A stretch of DNA of 64,000 nt from Takakia lepidozioides (lineage: Eukaryota; Plantae; Bryophyta). The number at the start of each line of letters is the position of its first letter. Positions within the stretch are counted from its first letter, which is position 1. Below are positions 24,606 to 36,238 of the stretch, piece after piece. The DNA lies in NCBI GenBank assembly GCA_030704615.1, contig CM060734.1, positions 43,462,001-43,526,000 on the forward strand, given 5' to 3'. The notes below the pieces were generated by a model. That model made no database searches, had not been told where the DNA came from, and was given only the letters and a program-made list of their open reading frames with translations. The position numbers were made by a program, and so were the translations under genes.

Positions 24606-26489
24606 TGTCGTGCACCTAAGCATCGTGCCACAACATACATCGATGTCCACCATACATTCTAAGCACACAATCCTAGAAAGCTATGCCACAATGATAATGA
24701 AAGTGAACACAATGGAAACACTCCACTCTTGAATCCACTCAATCACATAAACTAAGTCAAGCCAAGGGCACCCTTGCTAAGGGAATCCACCCTACAAAGC
24801 CCTCAATACACTCCCTCTCAATACCTAGAGCTATGGAGGTGAGAGAGGCTCATGGAGGCTCAACTACAAGAAGATGAGCCATCCTCAACACTCACAAGGG
24901 GAAAACCCATCCCCATCTCCCAAGTGAGGTTTGACATCTCACTTGGTATATGAGACCAAATGAAGTCCCAACACACAAAATACAAATATAAATATCCAAA
25001 ATATCCTAGTTAACTAAAAGTAGGTAATTCTAGTTAACCATGACTAAAACCATGACAGCTGTCGTGCACCTAAGCATCGTGCCACAACATACATCGTTGT
25101 CCACCATACATTCTAAGCGCACAATCCTAGAAAGCTATGCCACAATCACCCCCCTAGCTGGTGATTAGGTCCCTCTAACACCGGATAGCTGACAAGTATC
25201 CATCTCAATAAGATCATTGCTTGGTCTTCAATTGCACATCTCCCAATTTTCTAAAGTATATGGATCAAGAGGCCGGGTGCAACAAGAGCCCCATCGTTAG
25301 TCGTCTGCTTGCAATCCATAATCTTCAATTGAGTATCCATGGCGTTGAGCTCCCACCAGCTAGACCTTGGATCATTTGTCAATTACACCATTGTCATACC
25401 CATTACCTATGGCCAAAGCATCGTGGACACAACCATTCTCCACTAGGAATCTCCTCAAGTGGCGGTGTCAAGCATCTCATGTGCCACCCCCTTGAGCATT
25501 TGTCACACACCAACATGGTTACGGCATCACCAGCATGCCCACATAGCATGCAACGCAACCCTGCAGGTGCCACTGCAAGGTTGGGATCTATCCTCCCATC
25601 CACATGTGAAAGGTGACATGGCGCACAATTGCGCACATCTTGACCCTCCAGAATCAACACATCCTGAAGGCAACACCTCCCGGACCCTTAGAATCACACG
25701 CCCTGCTGTGACATCCAAAGTCGTAGGTGCTGTCTGCTGCAGATACACATAGTCCCCAGACATCATTCTTTCTGTTCAATTCCCATAGATATCTTTCTTA
25801 GCAGTCACCACCATTGCCGAGGCATATTCCCCGCCTGACAACTCCATCAATCCAGCTTCGAACAACTTCATAGTCCGTGACTGGATCAAAGACCTCTCCA
25901 TGTCACTATACCTATAGGGCCTTTGAAAAATTGGCGTGTCATTTGCCAAATCAATATGAATCTCCTGGCTTTTCAAACTCCCCAAATCCTTCAAACCAAA
26001 TACAAACTAATTTCTATAAGCCCTTAGAAATTGTTGGATCCTCCGTCTCTCTCCTCCGGTTACTGTAGGTCCAGCATCTGGTTCCCAATTGTCCTTAGTG
26101 ACTGCAACCTTGGGTACACCAGGCTTGGAGGTAGGAGACGCATCCTTTGGTTGCTAGATAACAACCTCTTGGGCCTTATCCGCCCACCCTGACCGTGGCG
26201 TAGCCTCCACTTGCTCTGCCATAGCCACCTTGAGAACATCCTCTGGGGAAGAAACATTCTCAACCTCTTCAACAACATTGGCCACCTTGGCCTCCAACTG
26301 ATCCTCAGTGTATGGCTCTCCCCACTTCTCATATTGTTGCTTGAGAGATCCAAGGACTCTCTCTTTCCGCATCTTATCCCACATCTGCCATGGGTATTTG
26401 CACCCCATGATCTTGTGCTCGCCCCCACTCACTACCTCAACCGTCCCAGTTGGCAGAGGGGATACAATACCAAATGGGAGTGCAGAAGT

Positions 26490-27480
26490 AGCCACCACTG
26501 TCTGCAACCTCCGTTGCTCAGCCATGCACAAGCCAATGACCCATGTCAAGCAATTTATATCCATTGCTTGACCTAACACTTGTCGGCGTGATCCTCTGAC
26601 AAAGCTGGCATAGCTGTAGTGTCCATGGCAAATCCCATTGTCTGCTCTTGTTCATCCACATTGGGCTCCACCAATTGTTGTAGCACACTGTCCCAAATCA
26701 ACCCAGGACCATTGTCTTGAAAAGCATGAGACGAGGGAAAGCTCATAAGCGTATGCAAGGCTGCACGTGGCTACCCCAATCGATTTATCATTGCTAAAGG
26801 TGGACGGTCATCATGTCGCACTCTCTGTGGTTGCCTCCCTTGGTCCAAAATGCCCTCAACTGTGAGATTGGGTGGCCGTTGAATGGAATCGTATGCTCTC
26901 TTGAGCAGCTCTGGTGGTGCAAGATTGGTCCACCACAATCGAGGTCGATGCGCTCGTGATCCCACCGCTGCTGCATCCAATAGCATCGCCGATCCAATCC
27001 AAGACCGTACCTGATGCACACTAGCCATAACCCTGGCCCGAGAGTCCCCTATAAGAGGAACATTCTCCAAGATATAGGCTAGAGGTTGCACTTGCCTCGT
27101 CTGCAAGTCACGCAACACTCTCAACATCTCCCAAAACAAATGCGATCGTGCATCATGGAAGCCATTCCCATGACTTGTGGGAGAGTGTCCTTGGCAAGGC
27201 CATCCAGCTATCACCAAGTCAATGGCAGCATGCTGGTCCAAATCATCCGCCCCAACAAGGTAATGTCTGTTGGCAAGGCCTTTTGATACCCTTGAATTGT
27301 TGAGAGAGGCAACAACTCAGGATACCGGTGTGTGAGCAAGGCGATGTGGCGCATAGAAATACGCCAAGCTATCTCATCCTTCTCCACATACAAGTACTTG
27401 CGTACTTTAATCCCTGCTTGCAACACTCCTGCAAGCCCAGTGCTCATGCCTCTAAACAGGTCTAACAAACAAATCCCTGA
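26490..27480 (-). pseudogene. DNMT3-like methyltransferase domain of copy 2
   Basis: LLDLFRGMSTG, VIAGWPCQGHS, YILENV, AHRPRLWWTN, EQTMGF, LGQAM; frameshifts and a stop. Confidence 0.9.
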
Positions 27481-28679
27481 GTCAGGTGGTTGCCAGGTAA
27501 TGGGCACTCTGTCCAAATGAGCTAACTGAGGAGGTCCAGGTGATGTCACTGAACTCCCCTCACTCACCAATGGATAGGCCTCCTGCCATGCTTGGTACAC
27601 ACACTCGCATGCTACTTGATGCAAATTCCCAACTGTACCCCACAATGAGTTATTCACAGGCACATGAGGAAGCAACTCAGCCTTGTATGCCAATTGTTTG
27701 TCCTCATCAGGTGGTGGCCTATCATCTGCATGGCTATTGCCCTCCACGAGCTCACCACCCCAAGCCACCACCCCTGAGAATGCAGCCAATGTGGGCATTA
27801 TGTTCCTATGATCCACCGCTACATTCCCAATTAACCGCACTGGGAGCAGTGCACGTCGACCATCCCCTGACTGCCATTCCAGCCTGTAGGATATCGTTTC
27901 CTCCCAAAAGTCCAAAGTAAAGCCCATCGGGTATAACACAGCCCCACCAACAAACACATCATAAGATATCGCGTCCGTAACTTAGACTACTAGGTTCGTA
28001 ACATAAACCTGCACCTGCATCCACCGCATGCACTCCTATGGTCTACTGGTCATCAACCCAGCCTCACCATAAGAGAAACAATGATGGTCTGACTCGTCAT
28101 CACCCCAGCCTCACCACCGACAGCACGCTCTAGGATTGACCGGTGATCAAATCCGGACCAACCTCCTATGAAAACAAGTGCCCACACAAAGCTAACATGG
28201 CGCACAATCAAGCATGCAGGTGTGGAGGGGATCCAAATACAAGAAAATCAAGACAGCAACTCCCCCACACCAAAAACACTCCTCAGTGTCGCTCCTGCAA
28301 TGACACCCCAGCCCAAACCGGACTGACTATTGCCTCCACCTACAAGATTTTGGCCTACAGAGAGGGTGAAAGACTACAAGGAAGAGAGACTAAAGCAATT
28401 CCTAATCCCAGCATGCCCTCATCCCACTACCCTATCTCCACACTCTCTTGTTTGAACAATAGACAAGACTCCATTTCAAGGATCTCTCAAATAACTCTCG
28501 GCCAGGAGCCCTCAAGAATATGTCTCTCAAACGATCTCACTAAGGCTCCCAATCCTTGCACAATGGGACTCCGGAACAGTACACCAAGGCCCCAAGAGCC
28601 TACCAAAACTTTGCCCTCGAGGACCCCAAATAGTCCCTCACACAAGTCGCCAAAGACTCCTCAAGCTCGCCAAATATTG

Positions 28680-28860
28680 GCCTCCAAGGACCCCAAATAG
28701 TCCTCCAAAGAACTCCAAATGGTCCTCCAAATGGTCCTCCAAGGACCCCAAACAGTCCTCCAAGGACTCCCAATGGTCCTCCAAATAGTCCTCCAAGGAC
28801 CCCAAACAGTCCTCCAAAGACTCCCAATGGTCCTCCAAATAGTCCTCCAAGGACTCTTCC
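28680..28860. repeat. TCCTCCAA-based short tandem repeat in the retroelement leader
   Basis: Many TCCTCCAA units; the counterpart TTGGAGGA units lie at 11220-11330 in copy 1. Confidence 0.85.
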
Positions 28861-30066
28861 TATGTCACTGCGTTCCCAATGTGTTCCCAAGTTCCCAATA
28901 AGTTCCCAAAGTTCCCTAAGAATATTCCTGAGAATATGCCATAGTATTCCCCCAGTATTCCCCTGGGCCTATACGTATTCCCCTTGTATTCCCCTTGGAA
29001 TAGCCATTTCCCCCTGGCAATAGCCATTTCCCTATACATGCTGGTTACTTCAATGCCAAAGCTTTCTCCCCATAAAACAGACTGGATACATTCACGGACC
29101 TCTGAAAAATTTAAGGAAGAACTAGCTATAACAACTAACCCCAGCACAAAGCCCCAGCACACAGCCCCAACACTGGTTCCCTCGGTGCTTGATCACCTCC
29201 CCTACTCTGCACACAAAGGTTTACTATTTCATGAGCAGAAACCATGAGCCATGAGCCATGAGCCGCATGAGCCGCATGAGCGGTGAGCCGAAGTCTAAGA
29301 TACGCGGATTTCATGAGCGGACTCCTCCAAATTTGGAAATGCGGCAGATTAAACAAGTATTAAAATAATAGTTTTTTATTTGACCTTGCCGTTTTTGGAC
29401 GTTCCAGATCATGTAATGCGGCGAAGATATGTCGTCAGTAACAAGTCCGCTCATGGTTTTTTAGATCCGCTCATGGAAATAAGTGACCGTGCAACGGGAA
29501 ATCCAGTATACCACTGCAAAAGGACGTCGCATACTGGCCTGTATAGAGTATTCCGCGGTTTTACATGCCTTAACATTGGAATGAAGCTGACCCTTTTGCC
29601 GCGATTGAACCAATGGAGTCTGCACCAATACAGTCTGCAGTACTTCACAATTCTGTCTTCTTCGGGTATTCGGCGGGAAAGGTTTGCAACTGAACTGGGA
29701 AATAAGGTGCCGCATTAGGGTTCGCACGTGCGAAATTTCGGAGCGGTTTGGTGTTGGCGAAGGCCGCCTCTACCAGTACCTACGACGATACTTGGAAATG
29801 CGGCGCCGCATTTCCTTGTCGGAGGTCGAATGAGGAAAGCAAGTTTTCGGAAAGCAGAAAAACATGAACCCTCCAACATACAAAAATACATGCACGTGGA
29901 AACAAGTGAACGATATAGTAATATCTTAGTTCGAGCAAAACAGGTTACTGGTAGGCAAGACATATGTCGGACCTTTGTGTGGCCAGAGTCTGAGGTACTG
30001 GCAGCAGTACAGTTCTACTATCCGAAAAGGATGGGCGTACCATTGTATGTGGACCGCAAGCCAAGC

Positions 30067-33000
30067 TCACTGGTCCCCTGGATCCATATTCAGAAGAGTG
30101 TGAACCTCCTGGGGGCTCAACCCTGGTGCATGTATGAAGTGATGAGTTGTGGAATTACAACGGAGTCTCTTTAGGTACACGTAGTACAAATGCTTGCAAG
30201 GGCAGTATGATGCCCCCTTGTTCACCATGATCTGGAAGTCGGTGCAATTGCAGGTGGGTAATTCTGAAATGGTGATGGTGTACACCTCATTGCGAACAGC
30301 TGAGCCCGCCGTGGCCATCTGATACACACGCCCAAATCCTGGTGGGGGCACTTCTGTCGAGCTCTGGATTGTACAGTTCATCCGAAGTGCATTCCCCATC
30401 CTTGTCTCGTTCACTTTTGAGGGAGGTCGCCGCCTCTTCGGTTTCCCCCAACGGTGTGTAGGATGCTTAGAGCTGTCGTGTCCCATTGTTCTTGCTCTCA
30501 CAGGGGTCGGTGGTGGAGGCTGTGGAAGCGGAAATGGTTGTCTGGGGACGTCAGTGCGCTGCACCATCCGAAATCCTGCGGGGGTAAGGGCGTCGGTCTC
30601 AACCTGACTCAGATCGCAGCCTGGTTCCACCGGCCACACCGGGGGAGCCTCTGGCATTGTTTGTATGCCGTACTTGGGCTTTCCATACACGCAAGTCATA
30701 ATGTCGTGCCTGCAGAACCAGAACTGGGTGGTTGTCGCCTCCGCAAACTTTGCATGGACAAATCTTCCTGTAAAAGTAGGAGCAGGGACAGCCCCATCTG
30801 GATTCCTCCTTATCATCTCTAAACAACGTTGCCGTGTATCCACACGAATTGCGGAACACCTTCCTCGAAACGACGGCTTTGTGCGAGCAATTCTCCACTG
30901 TGATGCAGACACAGTCATCTCCACAATGGCTTGGCCATACTGCATAACAGCGGGCGGAATGTGGGGCAAGGGAGCGGTGGGAATTTGTTGCACGAAATCC
31001 CCGGTTGAAGGCGAAGGCGATCTGGAATTTCTTGGGCTTCCACTGCTGGAAGACACATTGTGCGGCAACATGACGGGACCTCGAGGTGCTGTCCGAATGT
31101 TCCTGTCGGATCTCCAGGAATCCTCTTCGCACCCGGGTTCCTCTTCAATCCTCCGCCTGACAGGGCGAGTCCGGACGTCCCCCTCTAGGTGTTCACCTCT
31201 GCGGTGCAGAGGCGTCCCTTTGATCTTCTCTCGCAATGTTGTCGCCCATTTCACTGGATTCTTGGACCTCGAAGCTGTTCGTACCAACAATTCCTCCCTG
31301 TCCGGCCCAAAGCCCCATTGTTTGCCGCTCAGGAACTTGTAGTACGTGGCTTGCTGCATGATTGCTCTGTCGATGTCCTCCGTTGTGGCCGTGACTACGT
31401 CCACCAGATGTGCGGCAGAAGACGCTCGCTAGGAGGAGTGGACCGATTCTGCCATATTCGTGTTCGGCATGTCCGTGTCGGAATCCAAGCACCGCTCCTA
31501 GAAGGACACAAACAATGGTGAGGGACCAATCGAAATGTCCGTAACAGAAAGACAAATGAACGAAATTGACAGCAGCCTACCTCCCGCATGTACTGTCCGA
31601 ACTGTCGATACCAAAAATGCCACCACCCCAACCAGCTGTGCAATGCTCCCAGATTGGTTGTCTCCACTGCACCTGACGTGTTCCACCAAGCCTCGATGAT
31701 AGCAAACTTAACCTCCGCGTCATCAAATGTGGGTGCATCCTTCCACGCCGTACAAAGGACACGGTGTTCAGCCTGGAATGAGCTAGCAACAAATTTGGTA
31801 GTGTAGTGGGATAGACTCTGCATCCAATGGAATCCACAGGATCTCTCTTTCCCCTCCATTGGAACATTGGGGTCCTCACCGTACACACGCCGCACCGCTG
31901 CCCAGTTGGCCTGAGCGTTGTCTGCCATGAATCCCCTGAAATTGGGCTCTGGCAATCCCGCCCTTGCCATCTGCTCGTTTATGCCCTCCCACAGATGCAT
32001 CTCCGACTGTGTGTCCTCCCCTTTCATCTCGCAGATTGCAATCGTCATGAGCCTCTTGGAGTGATAGTCATAAACATGCGCACCCATAGTCACCCACTGA
32101 TGGTTTGTAATTCGCTTGATGTGATCAAACATCACCCAAGCATTCGACAAGTTTCCAGTTGTCATGCGAGTGACCAAGTCGACTCCACTCCCAGGCCCAC
32201 ACGTCGACATTTTGAAAATGTAACAACGATCGGATTCGCTGCCTTGCCCTGGAAACCTGCTACCTTGGATGTAGTCATATCCAGTCATTCGTTTCACCTC
32301 CAGGATTGAGTACATGTCCGACCCCCTGCCGAACTCCTGCTTGCAAGATACGATGTGATTCCGCACATTCGGACTACAAACGTGCGAGACGGACTCCAAG
32401 AGGTCACGCATCTCGTCTTCGGTCAAGGGCTCTCGGTCGGAACCATCTTCAGACATGATTTTGCCAAGAGCAATCTTGTGAGCTGCCTTCAGCTGAATCT
32501 GCTTTGGTCTGGCTCCGGGGCTCAATTTCACCTCCTCTTTTATGATGTCGTGTGCTTCCTGCACAGCCTCACGCATGTTGCCTCTCGCCAAGGGGTGGCA
32601 GTGGACCCCAACGTGTATGCAAGCTCTAGTCAAGTCCGGGAGCAAATGGATAACGTAGTATTGCTTGGCTCTGCACATGGACATGCACGTCGGTGGTTCT
32701 TTGCAATGTGCACACTTGAAAGAACCCGCAGGAGCTTGGCTGGAGACAATGAATGGATGATGCGTTGTGCCAGTCCAATCCGTCTCGTTTCTCCGCCCTC
32801 CTTTGGAGAGAAAGTGGAAGCAGGTGGGATTGAGGCACCTCAGCTTCCCCGCACAGAGGACATATCGTACACGAACACCATCAGCAATTTTCGTGCTACT
32901 GGTCTTCGTCACACACCAGGGGTGTCCGTCATGCTTTCGATCCATGTCTGTTAACATCCCGGAGGCTTTCTTTGACGAAGAAACAGGTGGAAACTCGAAG

Positions 33001-33674
33001 ATGACATTGCCATCGACTTCGGGAGGCAGAAACGTTACCTTTCTGACTGGGAATTTGGCATAGTCGAGAGCAGCCAGCTCGGAGCGAGAACCATCGAGGT
33101 GATGTTGTCGTAGGAGCTGCACAATGGACCGGGTTGGAGTTATGCTCGAGGGCACATACGTAGCACCTACAGAGACGTCCATGCCGGATTTGAACGACCG
33201 TGTGGAGGACATGGGTACCTCAATGCAATCATCTTCCTCGTCGGAAATGTCGAATACGTCCACACGAGAAGCTATGGAGGGTCTTGACGGTCCAGGTCGG
33301 GAATGATTATCGTTGCATACCTCTCTGTTGGCAGTGCCCGCCTCTCGGTTTCCGGACTCCTTTGTGGATGGTGTGGGCAGCGACTGATTCGGAAAGGGAA
33401 TGGGCATTCCCACAGCTCGGTACAGGATGGTGTCTGACGGGGGAACGTGCCATTCGATTCCGCAACCTCCGTCGTTACCTAGCACGACAATGGTCTCGTC
33501 AACCTGTCCAGGAACATCCTTCCTTTCTTCTTCCAAATAAACTGTGCCCGGTTTGAGCTTGAATTTGGAACAAAGGTAAGTTTCAGTCACTCTGCAAAGT
33601 CCTCCCTCGTTTGGGATCCAGGCTCTCCCAAGTTGCGGAGGACAGCAAACTATAGCGTAGGAATTCGGAGCCAT
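30067..33674 (-). pseudogene. Transposase: GCM-like zinc domain, MULE-type DDE core, SWIM finger (one premature stop)
   Basis: DGHPW..CAGKLRC..CAHC..C..HVGVHCHP; VMFDH, FMADNAQA, CGFHW; intron 31580-31498 (GT..AG); PNTNMAESVH then TAG at 31429-31431; SWIM YTITISELPTCNCTDF..CKHLYYV. Confidence 0.8.
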
Positions 33675-34103
33675 CGAACACCGCACGGAGTTGGCAAGTG
33701 CGAGGTTCAGTATAGCGACAGACCAAGGCTCACAGGCACCATCTAAGTGGATCTGCGGAGTCCATCGACGATTGGAAGTCGCACATTGAAGTGGAAAGTA
33801 TTGTTTCAAGCTACATGCATGAAGGTGGGAGGTTTGATTCCATAGCCAGTGAGTATGACAATGATGGCCGATTCGGCGACGAAATAACATATCCTGACAG
33901 TTTCTCCTGAGGGTGGATCCAGCAGTATTCTCGGTGCAGACAGGAACGTTCGCACTGACAAGTGCCAGGACTGCTGGTTAAAACGGTCAGACAACCAAGT
34001 TGTGCTCATCAAGACTGGCCGCAATTGTGTTGTTTCGGAACAATGCAACCCATTGAGGTTCCAGATTTCCCGTCCCGAGTGATTCTTTCGATTGCTGGTG
34101 GAC

Positions 34104-35858
34104 GGAAATACGGCGCCGCATTTCCGTATTGCATCTTGGTCATGCACCAGAGCGACGGAAATGCGGCACCGAGTTTCCGTCCGGGGGAAACCTTTATACT
34201 CTCCAGAACGGAAATGCGGTAACGCATTTCCATCCAGCAAGCACGGTATGTGAAGGTCGAACGGAAATGCGGTACCGCATTTCCGTTCTGATTGAGATTT
34301 ATGAACAACGGGAACAGAAATGCGGCACCGCATTTCCGTCCGAGTCGCACTTTTCCGACATTTCAAACGGAAAAGCGGCGCCGCATTTCCATTTTGTATC
34401 TGATGCATGGAGCTGAGGGATTGAAATGCTGCAGCACATTTCCGTCCTTAAAATACATTCATACTCTCCAGAACGGAAATGCGGTAACGCATTTCCATCC
34501 AGCAAGCACGGTATGTGAAGGTCGAACGGAAATGCGGTACCGCATTTCAGTTCTGATTGAGATTTACGAACAACGGGAACAGAAATACGGCACCGCATTT
34601 CCGTCCGAGTCGCACTTTTCAACATTCCAAAACGGAAATGCGGCGCCGCATTTCCATTTTGTATCTGATGCATGGAGCCGAGTGCGATTCCGACAGCTTC
34701 ATACAGCGCAATTCCGACCGCTTGAGCATTCATACTATCCAGAACGGAAATGCGGCAACGCATTTCCGTTCTGACTGAAAATCGTGAACCATCTGAACTA
34801 AAATGCGGCACCGTATTTCCATCCGAGTCGCACCTACCAACATTCCAGAACGGAAATGCGGTACCTCATTTCCGTTCTGACTGAAAATCGTGAACCGTCG
34901 GAACTGAAATGCGGCAACGCATTTCCATCCGAGTCGCACCTCCCAACATTCCAGAACGGAATGTATTAGATTCAAAAGGGAAATGCGGCACCCCATTTCC
35001 GTTCTGATGAAATATCCTGAAACCTCGGAACTGAAATGCGGTACCGCATTTCCGTCGGAGTCGCACCTTCCGACATTCCAAAACGGAAATGCGGCGCCGC
35101 ATTTCCATTTTGTATGTGAGGCATGGAGCTGTGGAACGAAAATGCGGCACGGCATTTCCGCCACGTCAGACGTTAATACTCTACAGAACGGAAATGCGGT
35201 ACCGCATTTCCATTCTGACTGAAAATCGTGCGCAACGGGAACTGAAATCCGGCACCGCATTTCCGTTCGAGTCGCACCTTCCGACATTCTAGAACGGAAA
35301 TGCGGCGCCGCATTTCCGTTTTCTATATTGGGCCTGGAGCTGTGCTACGAAAATGTGTAGCCGCATTTCCATTCATGTGAGACCTTCAAACTTTCCGGAC
35401 CGGAAATGCGGCACCGCATTTCTGTCCAGGTGAGACCTCTATACTTTCCCGAACGGAAATGTGGCACGGCATTTCCATTCATCATCTAACGGATGTGAAG
35501 TGGGAACGGAAATGCGGTACCGCATTTCCGTTCACATTGAAAATCATGAACCACGGGAACTGAAATGTTGTGCCTCATTCCCGTCCCAATCGCACCTTTC
35601 GACATTCCAGAACGGAAATGCGGCGCCGCATTTCCCTTTTGAATCTCATACTTGGAGCTGTGGGATGGAAATGCGGCACCGTATTTCCGTTCAACAACTA
35701 AGGTATGTGAAGGTGGAACGGAAATGCGGTGCCGCATTTTCTTCCAACAAGTACGGATGTGTAGCTTCGTGATGGTACTTAACGGAAATGCGGCGCCGCA
35801 TTCGCATTTTCGCTCCAACTGATCAGACGCTGGGACGGAAATACCTTGAAATGTGAAC
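34104..35858. repeat. Array of ~32 palindromes GGAAATGCGGCGCCGCATTTCC at 53-bp period
   Basis: Starts at 34104, 34157, 34210, 34263, 34316, 34369, 34422, 34475, 34528, 34581, 34634 ... 35614, 35667, 35720; includes a 265-bp higher-order duplication. Confidence 0.97.
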
Positions 35859-36238
35859 ACGTGGAGCAACGGAATTGCTGCACATGTCGGCACTCATCTG
35901 ACTGAAGGGCATGAGGCGGCGCGGCCTGACCGTTCGTTAATGATGTTTGTTTTTCGGACGGCAGGCGTACCCTCAACGATTCGAATTTCGTAATGACGCA
36001 AACTCCCCGAGGAGACACTTTCGTCCAACCCTTTCGAACCAAGTGGTGCATCACCGCCGTTTCATCTACTTTTGTCGTGTCTCCTCAGTCACCCCTCTCG
36101 CGCCCTTTCCATCTGCACTCTTTGGCCCTTTTCCCTCTCTCTGTTCTTCTTATGCTCGAACCTGAGAGGGGGGGAGTTCGTGCACCAGCCAGGAGACCTC
36201 GTCGCAAGCTCCGGAAATTATACTTCGGACGTAGGCCA

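Larger units (their letters stand above)
24606..29221 (-). mobile_element. Second, internally deleted copy of the DNMT/PHD split-repeat Gypsy family
   Basis: B2 24606-24691, A2 24692-25057, GC, B1 25060-25145, PPT-like tract ~25148-25155; PHD 25403-25560; DNMT 26500-27480; leader 27990-28430 homologous to 11440-11880. The 5' A1 terminus was not found in the window. Confidence 0.9.

Noticed and set aside
34104-35858. CRISPR array
   Set aside because: Spacers are related to each other and duplicated in a 265-bp block, repeats are degenerate, no cas genes are present, and the context is eukaryotic.
33806-36054. Many overlapping ORFs with EMRRRIS / KCGAAFP / GNAAPHF
   Set aside because: Translations of the palindrome on both strands; the same applies to 41321-42373.
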